Both the position numbers and the translations under genes were made by a program. The notes beneath the pieces are model-generated. The model had not been told where the DNA came from and did no database searches. It saw nothing but the letters and a program-made list of their open reading frames with translations. A stretch of DNA of 61,912 nucleotides, counting the filler, from Globobulimina sp. (lineage: Eukaryota), in assembly GCA_003354225.1 (NCBI GenBank). It is 17 parts of 17 records of this genome, joined end to end, with 100 filler letters (N's around TTAATTAATTAA, not from the genome) between each part and the next. Parts side by side here need not be neighbours in the genome. Positions count along the whole stretch, not along the records: positions 10,955 to 14,505 come from PIVH01002529.1; positions 14,606 to 18,155 come from PIVH01002530.1; positions 18,256 to 21,805 come from PIVH01002531.1; positions 21,906 to 25,455 come from PIVH01002532.1; 13 more parts are not named here. One strand, 5' to 3'. Below are positions 12,257 to 23,016 of this stretch, in pieces. Within the stretch, counting starts at the first letter, position 1, and each line of letters starts with the position of its first letter.

Positions 12257-13315
12257 TCAAGTTTCCCAAATTAGATATGACTGTTTCAAACATGTTTTCT
12301 TGTTTTGTTGAGAATCAATATAATTTATTCTAAATATCTTGACCGGTGCTGCAATGGACAGTTTATCAATGCTTCCGCAATATATCCGGCCATCGTCATT
12401 GATGAATTTTATGTTATCTTTAGGTTGCAAGCATTTATTATTATTTATTAATTTATCCAATGAATCTATATTTGTGCCATCAAGTTTGAGCGATACGAGC
12501 AGTTTTTGTATTTCTTGCATCCAATTTTCGCCCTCTTTGAATAAGAAATATTTTCCACGCAGTTTCGGATTTGTATTAGATATTAATATCGGATATATTC
12601 CAAAATAGATAGCTTCCAATGCTTCAATTTCATGATCAGTGAGCACAACACATTGCTGTTTGAATATTCTCGAACGAGATATCGATTGCTCATACAACTG
12701 AATGTAAGGTCTATTATAATTTGCGATGGATGGCGCACACACAAAGGCATTAAAATAACCTCTTAAACCAATATCATTTAGAATTAAGTTATAAGTCTCT
12801 CGCGAATCCTTATGCATTAAACACAGAGTCCACTTCAGATTTTCTCTTAGTTCTCTCAATAAAATTCGGATTCCTTTTTTTAATTCAATTTTATGCATAT
12901 TATCCTCAAAGAATTTGTCTTTGATTTGCATCAATTCATACTTTAAATTGTCGTTAGTGATTAAACTTGTTTTGTTGCATTTAGTTTGATACCTTCTTAT
13001 TTGTTTAAATATTTTATCCACCAAATCATCCTCGACAAAGGTGCATAGTGCCAATTCATTGATAAATTGAGTGAGACTGGCAACCAATGCATTATCTTTG
13101 TGCGTTTTGTTAATAATATATTTCAAGCTCCTGATCCAAGAGTCTTTCATGATCTCCTCATAATTTTCAATCAATGTATGCGTGAATATCAGCAAGTATC
13201 TCAATGGCTTATCTTCAGTGTGAGCCAATTTCTGCCGTTTGGTATCTGGTTCACCAAATCCAATCTCATTTGGGTTGTATTCTCGTTTCCGTTTTAGCTT
13301 GTTTGCAGCTGACAT
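12257..13315 (-). CDS. HAD-superfamily (IA, beta-PGM/CbbY-like) protein with degenerate catalytic motifs
   Basis: ELKKGIRILLRELRE, ILNDIGLRGYFNAFVC, RPYIQLY and QCVVLTD..EALEA..GI follow the HAD-IA layout. Motif I reads LLIFTHTLIEN, with no DxD. The 3' end may be spliced further toward about 12000. Confidence 0.65.
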   Translation of the reverse strand: MSAANKLKRKREYNPNEIGFGEPDTKRQKLAHTEDKPLRYLLIFTHTLIENYEEIMKDSWIRSLKYIINKTHKDNALVASLTQFINELALCTFVEDDLVDKIFKQIRRYQTKCNKTSLITNDNLKYELMQIKDKFFEDNMHKIELKKGIRILLRELRENLKWTLCLMHKDSRETYNLILNDIGLRGYFNAFVCAPSIANYNRPYIQLYEQSISRSRIFKQQCVVLTDHEIEALEAIYFGIYPILISNTNPKLRGKYFLFKEGENWMQEIQKLLVSLKLDGTNIDSLDKLINNNKCLQPKDNIKFINDDGRIYCGSIDKLSIAAPVKIFRINYIDSQQNKKTCLKQSYLIWET

Positions 13316-13374
13316 TATTTAGGATAAAAAAACAATTAATGGCTGTGTGCAAGGATGAACCAAAAAATATCTAT

Positions 13375-14505
13375 TTATTTATATACAAAGTTACAGCATT
13401 GTATCGCATGCCAGTCATTACGGCCACAAGCAGCTTTTTTACCACTTCCACAATGTCCAGTAGCAATAGTACCTAATTACAACATATATGCAGTACACAA
13501 ATATATAAAATAACACACCACATTACCTACCTTCTGGACAATACACCCATTCCCCATTACCACCACTGGGCCATGAACATTTCGTAAAATCGATATTAAA
13601 ATACGATTGATCCGCACATAAAATACCATGATACCCACTGCAAAATTGTTTACAATTCGCACCACTGCCACTGCCACACACCCCCATTAATACACTGCCT
13701 CCATTCTGAAAACATGATAATTCCGTTCCATCCGCACCGCAGAGCCAGCCCGTCCTATTAAAAGGTACCGGCTCTAAACCTGGATAATTACAATCAATTC
13801 CTTCGAAGCCACTGCTCTTATCCGGACAGGCAGCGCCATAGCAATCATGATTTGAGCCACTGCCACATTCTCCCCACACAACACCACTCTCCACATCACA
13901 TTGAATAAAGTCGCCAGAGCCACCACAGAAATATGTCGTCTTTTGATCCACACATTTCTTTGTATTGGGATCACAGATCCCGTTGTTCGGACACACCTTA
14001 CTCGAATCAACGCAGCTCGTAACGTTTGAGGCCAAGTCTTTGAAGTATAGCTCCCACATTTCCTCCATCAAAATGTCAAAACCGGGTTCCGTCGCATGTA
14101 TGCAAGCCAACATCAAATCAGCTGGAGACCAATAATCCAGATTTGGATGCGTAGGATAGGCATCCTCGATATTTTCAGCCGCCTGCAACGAGCCTAATAA
14201 GTTAAGAGACGTGAAATTAAAACCTAAGGCCGCATAGTAAGCAGCTAAAACGTCGACTTGTTGATATTGGATTTTTATCATTTGAGTGTTAAAACAGGTG
14301 ATATTATCCGCACATTGTTCGATTACAATGTTCCCGGAAATATTGCACCATTCACGCACATCATTGGAGAAATTCGGAATGTCGTAGCCAAATTGAACCA
14401 CTTTGATGTTTGGATGGTTTTTGAATAACACGTTGAGAAACGTTTGCGTGTTATTTATGGTGCGCCTTAATACTAAATCTGCGCATTCATTTATTGGCAA
14501 TGTAG
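13375..14505 (-). CDS. Secreted SGNH/GDSL-like hydrolase with a C-terminal Cys-rich triple-repeat domain (5' truncated)
   Basis: IKVVQFGYD and LMLACIHATEPGF resemble the SGNH block V DxxH region. Three G-x-CGSG-x3-[DNA]C repeats follow. Intron 13473..13530 adds the third repeat and the stop at 13375. Confidence 0.6.
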
Positions 14506-14605
14506 NNNNNNNNNNNNNNNNNNNNNNNNNNNNNNNNNNNNNNNNNNNNTTAATTAATTAANNNNNNNNNNNNNNNNNNNNNNNNNNNNNNNNNNNNNNN
14601 NNNNN

Positions 14606-14724
14606 ACATCAACTTTGTCATTGTATTTGATGTTGGAATGGCTCTGTGTCCATTGCAGATTTATAGTAATATCATAATTGGCCAATTCTGCGATTATACA
14701 ATGGATTTTATCCAATAATTTAAT
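14606..14724. repeat. 119-bp exact direct repeat at contig start, identical to 18037..18155
   Basis: acatcaactttgtcattg...ccaataatttaat is present at both ends of the contig. Confidence 0.95.
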
Positions 14725-15618
14725 ATGGATTTCATCCTTTGTTGTTTTTTATGGGTGGAGAACCAATTTGGATATTCATACTTTTTTTCTTTTTTGTTTT
14801 TTTTTGTTTTAATGGCCTCAATTATTTACCATGTTCATAAATATATATATTTACCGTAATCTTTTTTCACAGACAAAACTTTCAACTTAACACTTTTTTT
14901 CTGAGACTTCAAAATCATTGAAATGCTGCATGGCCATCATGGTTTTCATTATAAAATGGTTTATACGGATATTACGGATATTACGGATAGGTGTTTTGGT
15001 TCAAATATCAACCGTCGTTGGCCAAAATACACGTTGTCGCCTTTAACTGACAGTAACTAGAGTCGAAAATGGGGTCATGCCTATTCGTCTCTTTATAACT
15101 CAGTGCCTGACCGGTTCCTAATTCGGCTGAGGCTGTCTCGACAATGTTATTTATGGATTTTATTGATTTTATTCTTTATTCAAAATTGGTTTATGCATTT
15201 AATTTATTATATCTATCTATTTTTCTCTTCCTCTCTTCCTCAAATCTTATATATTAATTTATAATATATTTAAATAACAAAACAAAAATAGCGCAAGTTG
15301 CTGACCTGCCTGCCTGCCGCTGCTAGCTAGCTACAATTAATTGCAATTTCATAATCATCAAATTATACAAATCCCTTTTGTTTGTACATGCCATGCCATC
15401 TAAATAAGCCACAAAAACTGTAGTAAGCTAAAGCGGCCTCTTAAATCATGTGACATGGCGAAAAGCAAAAAAAGATACGTTTTTATTATTATGTTTTGTT
15501 TTGTTTTGTGTGTTGTGAATGCAATATTAATAATATTATCAGAACGATGCGTGCGGTGGATCGAATTGGTTGATAATAATAAATCCTATCCAGTGCGGAC
15601 GGACACGAAAAAGGCATT

Positions 15619-17295
15619 GTGCCCGCCGGCTATTTCACGCACGGACATGCCATTGCGATATTGTTATGTGGCTCCAATCCAATGATTGCAGCCATTCACA
15701 TTGAAATCATACAAGACAAACATATAAAAAGCAACGATAAAAGCTCGCAATCTGCGACCAGTTGGTTCGCCGCTGCAAAATCATTGTTTCTGCATAAAAA
15801 GGCCAAAACACATACAAATAAGAATGAATTGTCTGCGATTACAATACCAAATGCCACGGACGATAATATCGCAGCGATTGGTAGATCTCCCTCCAAATCG
15901 CCGAGAGCCGCAAATAAAAAAATATATTCACGCCATAACCTGCAAAACCTGCGAGACAAAAAAAAGAAAAAGAAACAGAATCGAGATCAGATATTATTAG
16001 CACAGAAACATACGCAACACACCATTCGCGACCAAAAGTACAGTAAATATTTAACCAATTTCGAGTTGCCAAATAACAAGTTTTTCAATAAAAAAGCAAA
16101 CAGAAATAATCTGATCATGAATGCGAATGTGAATCATTGCTCCATTGTATCCATAGTCATGTCACCTGATTCAGAGTACGGTGCCTTTACAGACTCATTT
16201 GGTAGAATATGGATTTGGGACTGCAAACAGTGTCATTTCGTGCGGTTATTCAAAGGGTATCGCAGGGCCCAAATTGCGTGGTGTTACGTGAACAATGACG
16301 TTGACAAATTGATCTCGTGCATCAATGGAGATATTAGTGACATGCAAGGATATGGCCACAAATATGACAATGGCAGAGCCAATACGAACATCACCAATAT
16401 AATATCTTCCGTTGTCTTCGCCATTAAAAAAAAAGAAAAGGAGCGCCGGAGAGACATATTTGGCTCAATCCCATCGTATATATATCGTCGGTCGATATTA
16501 TTATTGGTTTTGTATATTGCATCCCGCGGTTTGTTGGAGTTTCATTACATAGGTTGTTATAAGAGATTGTATGCGGTGAACGTATTTAAGAAAGCGACCA
16601 TGATTTACCACTTAAATTATAGTGTATCGCCGCCATGGACGAGCATATTATTTGTAAGGAAAGGACAGAAGAATAATAATAAAAACAAGGTATACAAATT
16701 GAAGATTGATTCGAGCATAATTCACAATAATAATACGGCATTGCGCCGGATGACGGATGTGTGGGATCGCAAGAATTTGCACTGTAATTCGCCGATTAAG
16801 TTGTTATCGGATCAGCAGATCTATTTTAATGGCAATTATAGTCAGAGATTTAGCATATTTGGTACGCAGTATATAGCGCCTATGAGTGGCAAAAAAAATA
16901 ATATCATTCAATGGTTTGTGTTGGTGAATAAATGCGATGGCGATATTTGTGTTGGGATCCAGTTGATTGATAGGGATATAATTAAACCACAAACACAGAA
17001 TCATGGCGATTTTGCCAATGAAATGAATGGATGGGGCTATCATTGTGATGGTTTTTTGAAATGTAATGCTTCGTTCAGTAGATATGGATGGAAATATGGT
17101 AAATATGACACGATTGGTATTATATTAAACATTAATAGTTCTTCATTGAAGTTCTCATTAAATGGCAAATTATGCTCAAGAAATAATGGATTGACATTAC
17201 CAAACGTAACAAATGGTAATTTAATATATCGTTTGGCAGTGAGTGTCGGATTAAATTCCGTTGGCCAACTGACTATCATTGGATTTTGTAAATAG
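15619..17295 (+). CDS. RAB3GAP2: Rab3GAP non-catalytic subunit N-terminal-domain protein with C-terminal SPRY domain (5' end unresolved)
   Basis: LCGSNPMIA, SPDSEYGAFTDSFGRIWIWD...VRLFKGYRRAQIAW and LVLYIASRGLLE match the RAB3GAP2_N pattern. SPRY-like tail: ICVGI...GWGYHCDG...YGKYDTIGIILN...LKFSLNG. Confidence 0.75.
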   Translation: MPAGYFTHGHAIAILLCGSNPMIAAIHIEIIQDKHIKSNDKSSQSATSWFAAAKSLFLHKKAKTHTNKNELSAITIPNATDDNIAAIGRSPSKSPRAANKKIYSRHNLQNLRDKKKKKKQNRDQILLAQKHTQHTIRDQKYSKYLTNFELPNNKFFNKKANRNNLIMNANVNHCSIVSIVMSPDSEYGAFTDSFGRIWIWDCKQCHFVRLFKGYRRAQIAWCYVNNDVDKLISCINGDISDMQGYGHKYDNGRANTNITNIISSVVFAIKKKEKERRRDIFGSIPSYIYRRSILLLVLYIASRGLLEFHYIGCYKRLYAVNVFKKATMIYHLNYSVSPPWTSILFVRKGQKNNNKNKVYKLKIDSSIIHNNNTALRRMTDVWDRKNLHCNSPIKLLSDQQIYFNGNYSQRFSIFGTQYIAPMSGKKNNIIQWFVLVNKCDGDICVGIQLIDRDIIKPQTQNHGDFANEMNGWGYHCDGFLKCNASFSRYGWKYGKYDTIGIILNINSSSLKFSLNGKLCSRNNGLTLPNVTNGNLIYRLAVSVGLNSVGQLTIIGFCK

Positions 17296-17439
17296 TTCTC
17301 ATATTAGTTCTTTTTTGTTTGGTTTTTGCATTGAAAAAGACATTCTGCTTTCTATTATATACATGTTGTTTTATTGTACAAATTTCAAGTTTGTGTGTTT
17401 TGTGTTTCAACATAAATAATATTATATGTCAACATGTGA

Positions 17440-18155
17440 TCCGTTCCTTTTTTAATGTTTGTTGTTCATCTCATGATATATATACTTATTAATTGGTTGC
17501 CTGAACAGTCCAGTGCTTGTTACATTGGTGGGGGCGGGTATGTTTGTTGTGGCTGGCGGGGAGGGTGCGTATGTTGTGGCTCGCTGTCGGTTGTGATTGA
17601 CATATGTTACACTAGATCTGTTTTTATATAACAACACGCAGCATAAAAATGAGAGCAATCCAATTATTAAATATTAATATATCATGATTTACTCGACTAA
17701 CTTTGTCATTTAATAAGTCCGATTCGATTCAAATCGATTTTCATGTTTAAGTAATTTACTTTTATCACCAATTTTCCAGCGATAAAGTGTGTGATATTCT
17801 CGTTGATACTTAAAATAATTTAATTTCAATCGATTTGTATACAATCTATAAATTATTGCATACTCATTTTTTGATATTTGTGTCAGCTCATTTTTAAATA
17901 CCACATTATCTGCAATATAATTTATATATTCATTTTCTTGGATTAGCAATGCTTTTTTTTTAATTTCTTTTTTAATCGATTTATATCCAATGAATTTTCA
18001 TTATCTCTGATTAAATCTACTGCATTTTTTGCCAATACATCAACTTTGTCATTGTATTTGATGTTGGAATGGCTCTGTGTCCATTGCAGATTTATAGTAA
18101 TATCATAATTGGCCAATTCTGCGATTATACAATGGATTTTATCCAATAATTTAAT
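17440..18155 (-). pseudogene. Degenerate non-LTR retrotransposon 3' fragment (RNase H C-terminus, downstream region, putative 3' UTR)
   Basis: INLQWTQSHSNIKYNDKVDVLAK is the RNase H W-x2-SH...N-x2-D-x-LAK motif, similar to WVHSHSESNLNNLVDMLAK in the LINE at 51081. There is a frameshift near 17945, then YAIIYRLYTNRLKLNYF and stops. A C-rich tract at about 17500-17610 follows. Confidence 0.75.
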
Positions 18156-18255
18156 NNNNNNNNNNNNNNNNNNNNNNNNNNNNNNNNNNNNNNNNNNNNT
18201 TAATTAATTAANNNNNNNNNNNNNNNNNNNNNNNNNNNNNNNNNNNNNNNNNNNN

Positions 18256-19062
18256 GAAACACCGGCAGCGGCATATAATATCGTCGAGGATACGGATAAT
18301 GAGAAGGATAAGCAACATGAACATGAATTTGATATATTTGATCACAAACAATATGAAAAACAGATTGAAGTATCAAAATTAAAAATTGTTAAACTTAAAC
18401 AGGAAACGTTTATTTTGCATATTGATGGTAATGAATTATTGAAGAAAATTAAATTTGCAATCAAATCTGATAAAAAATATGTATTTTATTCAGATATATT
18501 TGTTTTACATAAAGTAAAATGGTGCATTGTTTTAAAGAATAAACCAAAAAAACATTATGACGATTATGATTATGGTTATTTACCAAACAAAAAAGCTAAA
18601 AAACAAATTCCTAAAATGTTTATTTTTGTGAGATGTCTGGCATCGGACAGCTTTAATTGTAAAATTAAATTACATTTGATTCAAACCGGAAATAAAGATG
18701 AATTTCTTTGTGAATTTGAAAGTTCATATCGTAACAGTATGGAAGATAAGAAACAATATTTAATAGAAAATGGATTTAAAATAGATTCATTATCTGCCAT
18801 TACAATCAAATGTGATATTTTTGAATTTGGTGAGACAAATGATACAAAAGAAGAAGAAAAAAATGAAAATAAAACAATTAAGTTATGGTTACAAGAAATA
18901 GATTTGAGTAAATATTATGATTTATTCACAATGCATGGTATTGATAGCTTAGAGACATTACATTTAATTGAAAAAGATCATTTAAAGGAAATGGGAATAT
19001 GGAAAATCGGACATCAAATGAAAATATTACAACATATTAAAAAGTCACTCAAAGATTTATAG
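18256..19062 (+). CDS. Hypothetical protein with MATH-like region and C-terminal SAM domain (5' truncated)
   Basis: The frame is open from the contig start. YSDIFVLHKVKWCIVL is MATH-like. IKLWLQEIDLSKYYDLF...DHLKEMGIWKIGHQMKIL is a clear SAM domain. Confidence 0.8.
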   Translation, partial: ETPAAAYNIVEDTDNEKDKQHEHEFDIFDHKQYEKQIEVSKLKIVKLKQETFILHIDGNELLKKIKFAIKSDKKYVFYSDIFVLHKVKWCIVLKNKPKKHYDDYDYGYLPNKKAKKQIPKMFIFVRCLASDSFNCKIKLHLIQTGNKDEFLCEFESSYRNSMEDKKQYLIENGFKIDSLSAITIKCDIFEFGETNDTKEEEKNENKTIKLWLQEIDLSKYYDLFTMHGIDSLETLHLIEKDHLKEMGIWKIGHQMKILQHIKKSLKDL

Positions 19063-19311
19063 ATACGTGATACTGAAACATTTAGTTTCTTTTCATGTGC
19101 ACATTTTTTTTAATCCATTTTATGACTTTTTCTACACTCTAAAGAATTTTCCACTAACAACCAACTAAAACTTTCATTAACTCTTTTTCTTTGTTTTTTG
19201 CAAACCAATCCCAAGTGCCCCAAGATCACGAAAGCTAACAAGTTAGATATTAGTGCCTTGCATTTCATTTGTTTCCTGTGCATCAGCATCAATATAATTG
19301 AACTCAAGAGA

Positions 19312-21805
19312 ATGAGCAGTATTGTATGGTTCGTATCCATTGCAATCATAACTCGTCTGGTCGAATCAAAGTTTATTGATAACGAATTGCGGACCGGTTT
19401 ACATTTAAACAAACGTGACTTACGTCACATTAATTTAGAAGATAATGAAGCGATTAATACATTTGAAACCTCGCAATATCAGTTAAGGTACAAAACGCAA
19501 CAAAGATACCGAGGTTTACCAGTATTTGGAGCGACATTAGTGGTGGAACAAGACCCTGGCGATGCAAGCAAAAAAATTCCAATTTATGGGCGATGGTACG
19601 ACAAAACAGATATTCAACAATTAGTTCCAAGCATTAATCCCGAATTTGGTGAAGACGAAGCTTTACAAATTGCTTTGACTGCGCTCAATATCGATTCAAA
19701 GAACGTGTACTCGCAAAGTCCGGCCAAATTATACATTTATTATCATGATTCATTCCCATTTTTATGTTGGATTATAAAAGTTTCATACAGCAATCCAAGA
19801 AAAGGGGACGAAGTGCACCATCCCGTGGTGATAATTAATGCATTGACTGGCCGTGTATTGCAAATATATGACGAAGTATTCAATATTAATGCCGGTAGCA
19901 GCGGTGTTGAGGCGTGCGGTGATGGCGGCAATTTAAAAACTGGATTGTATCGATACTGCGTGGATTATCCTTCCTTATTAATCAATGATAATATTGTTCC
20001 CGTTTTAGAAAATGATGTGATTCAAGTTTATGACAATCACGGTAACCCTTATGACACTCATACATACGCAACAAAAGTAACCTGTTCCGGTTCCGTTTCC
20101 AATTGGAATGCAACGCACAACGTAACCGGCAACCACACCTCGCCCAGTTGCTATATCGATGATGTATACACCAACGGCGCGTATTGCCCCGCATGTGATA
20201 TATATGCATTTGCCAATGTAGTTTTTGAAATGTTTGATGAGTGGTAAGTTATTTGTTTGTCCCTTTTGTAATTTGTACCCCAACAAACAACCCATTTGTG
20301 TATAATATATAGGTCGAATGCGACGTATCCGATTTCTGCTGCTTTCATCCCAATGAAATTGTTCGTGCACGTTGGTATGTTGAATATTGAATGTTTTTTA
20401 AACTGCTTGCAAATAACAATAATTTTATATAGGATATAATTGGGTGAATGCAAATTTTGATCCTTATTCAGGAGAAATGAATTTTGGCGATGGGGCGACA
20501 AGTTGGTATCCATTGACTACATTAGATATTACAGCCCACGGTTATGTGCCTATTTATATTCATTTTTTGTGCGTAACATAACTTACAATACACTGCATAT
20601 ACACGGACAGAAATAGCTCACGGATATACGGATCAAGGCAGTGATTTGATATATTCCGGCGAGAGCGGAGGAATGAATGAAGGTAATTATATCTACAAAT
20701 GCACACTGTTTTTGTCACACCACTTTAAAAAAAATTAAACAGCATTTTCGGACATTGTCGGAGAGGTAGCGGAATATTGGTTTTTTGGTGAAAACGATTG
20801 GATGACCGGTGGCGATATATTTAAAAATGTCGGTGAAGCATTACGATATATGTACGATCCTCCAAATGATGGCATTTCCATTGATCATTACAGTAATTAT
20901 TATAGCTCAATGGATGTGCATTATTCCTCTGGTTTATATAATAAGGCAGCGTATAATTTGAATACAAACGGAAGTAATTGGTCGATGGAGGAGATTTTCC
21001 GAGTGTTTGCTTGGGCCAATTTATATTACTGGACTGCAGATAGTACCTTTAACGAAGGAGTGAGTGGATTATATCAAGCATTATACGATTTATATGACGA
21101 TAATATGACTGACGTAGATGCGATGGCAGATGAGCTAGATATTGCATTTCTTGATGTTGGTTTGGCCAGAATTAATACAAGCATTCCTGATAATATTTTA
21201 TGTGCAGGATCGAATAGGTATTGTTTTATTATACAATTTAATACAAACCTGTACTGTAATGGTTACATACACAGATTCTGTTATTATGAAAATATAAATG
21301 CATCACGCACTGCAATCACAAATCATACAGTAAGCATACAAGCGAATGATGATAGTTCTATCACATACTTTGATATATATTTTACTGTCAATGACAATGA
21401 TTGCATGCGTCCAACTTTATGGTTTAAATATGAATTAATTGATTATGACTCAAGCTCAGAGTATATTGATGTATGTAATATGTTGTATTTGTTATATACT
21501 CTATTTTTATAAATATATAACAGGTATTTGATATGAATGATAACTTAATCAGCCGATGTCAAGGCGGTTTTTCATGCGGCACATTTGACTCATCCTGCAT
21601 TCATAATTATGATTTGGGTGTATCGGCGTTCAGACGTGGCGAAACCTATAAAATCGCAGTGGTAGAATCTGCTGCAGTCGATGATTTATGCGGAACAGGA
21701 CCAACAATTAACGCATTTCTTACATTGCAATGTGAATACGGCACAATTTCGCCAACTGCAGAACCAACAAATAACCCAAGCATGGAACCAACGCAACCAA
21801 CAATA
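19312..21805 (+). CDS. Secreted M4-family (thermolysin/LasB/vibriolysin-like) zinc metalloprotease, 7 exons, 3' truncated
   Basis: Signal peptide, FTP (QQRYRGLPVFG) and PepSY (IINALTGRVL) propeptide, GGNLKTGLYRY, NGAY, FGDG...YPL, HEIAH, GGMNEAFSD and DVHYSSGLYNKA. GT-AG introns at 20244..20312, 20375..20432, 20541..20610, 20683..20742, 21218..21274 and 21471..21523 restore one frame. Confidence 0.93.
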
Positions 21806-21905
21806 NNNNNNNNNNNNNNNNNNNNNNNNNNNNNNNNNNNNNNNNNNNNTTAATTAATTAANNNNNNNNNNNNNNNNNNNNNNNNNNNNNNNNNNNNNNN
21901 NNNNN

Positions 21906-22849
21906 TTCCTGTTAATTGTCTGTACACAGTATCACCATATGCTGTTTTATTAACATCAAAACCGAAATATATGGCAAGAAATTCCGGAGCCATCCAATAA
22001 ATCTAAAACAAGGTTGTATGTACAACTGAAACAATATACTGTTGTATGTACAAGTCTACAAATAATGTTTCCATTTGACCCTATATTGTTTTTATTTGTC
22101 CATATTGTGTTTGCAAATTAATGGTATTTACAGCACAATTGGTACAAAGACAGACGCTCTACTTTAAGGTTTGCCATACGTATTTCTGGTTTCTTGCCAT
22201 ATCTCAATATCCTCACCATAAATATTCCCAGAATTCCACTCACAACGAGCCGTCGAAGGGATTATACGGCATCCTGCGCCATTGCCACATGCTTCATATA
22301 TATACGAATCAAATGATCGGAGGAGATTATTTCCGGTCACACAATCGTTTGTTAATAGATTCTGTACATTAATGTATAATTTATATTAATTCATAAGAAT
22401 GTATTCATACCTTTGCAGTATTTGTTCCAATCCAAAAATCAGTATTTGCTGGTTCGATGATGGTTTGATCACCTTCGTTAAATACAAATGATACTTCTTT
22501 GTGGTAATTTAATGCAATGACAGGATTAGAACATGGCTTGGCAACCACTGCATAATTATCATAGTTTGCATTTGATTTACTACCGGGTGGCACAAATCTG
22601 ATTGATATGGCATATGTTTGTAAGTGCTTCTGTACTATGATAATATGCGTATGTTGACGATTGCCCTTCTGTACAGTTCGACATTTTTATCCAGCCTATT
22701 TGTTGTGTTGTATAGGCATCTATTTGTTCAGTTGTAATCTCATCAAAAGTCATTTGATTCAACACAGGAATTGTTTGCGCATTGCATAAACATATTGCAT
22801 ATATTTCCCATATAATGTAGAGTCTTGGCGTAAACATGTGCAAGGACAT
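21906..22849 (-). CDS. Secreted Cys-containing hypothetical protein, multi-exon, one apparent frameshift, 3' truncated
   Basis: Signal-like N-terminus. ORFs 22580..22849 and 22405..22593 overlap out of frame near 22615. A GT-AG intron follows TNTAK, then the exon NLLTNDC...YIYEACGNG...CEWN. Confidence 0.5.
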
Positions 22850-23016
22850 GTTTACTCACTTAAAGGTGACCGAAGTAATCGAAGTTGTTGTTGACAGCTT
22901 AAAAAAATATATAACAACACATAAATGCACAACAGAAGCCACAAGACACTGAAACATATAATATTGATACAAAAACAAAAACAGTGCCAATTATTTTTAT
23001 AAATTAATATCTGTCA

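Noticed and set aside
15033-15095. U5-like loop (GCCTTTAAC in a hairpin, plus strand) and U6-like string (AGAGACGAATAGGCATGACCCC, minus strand)
   Set aside because: Both deviate at normally invariant positions. There is no Sm site, no ACAGAGA box and no U6 3' stem, so no snRNA call is supported.
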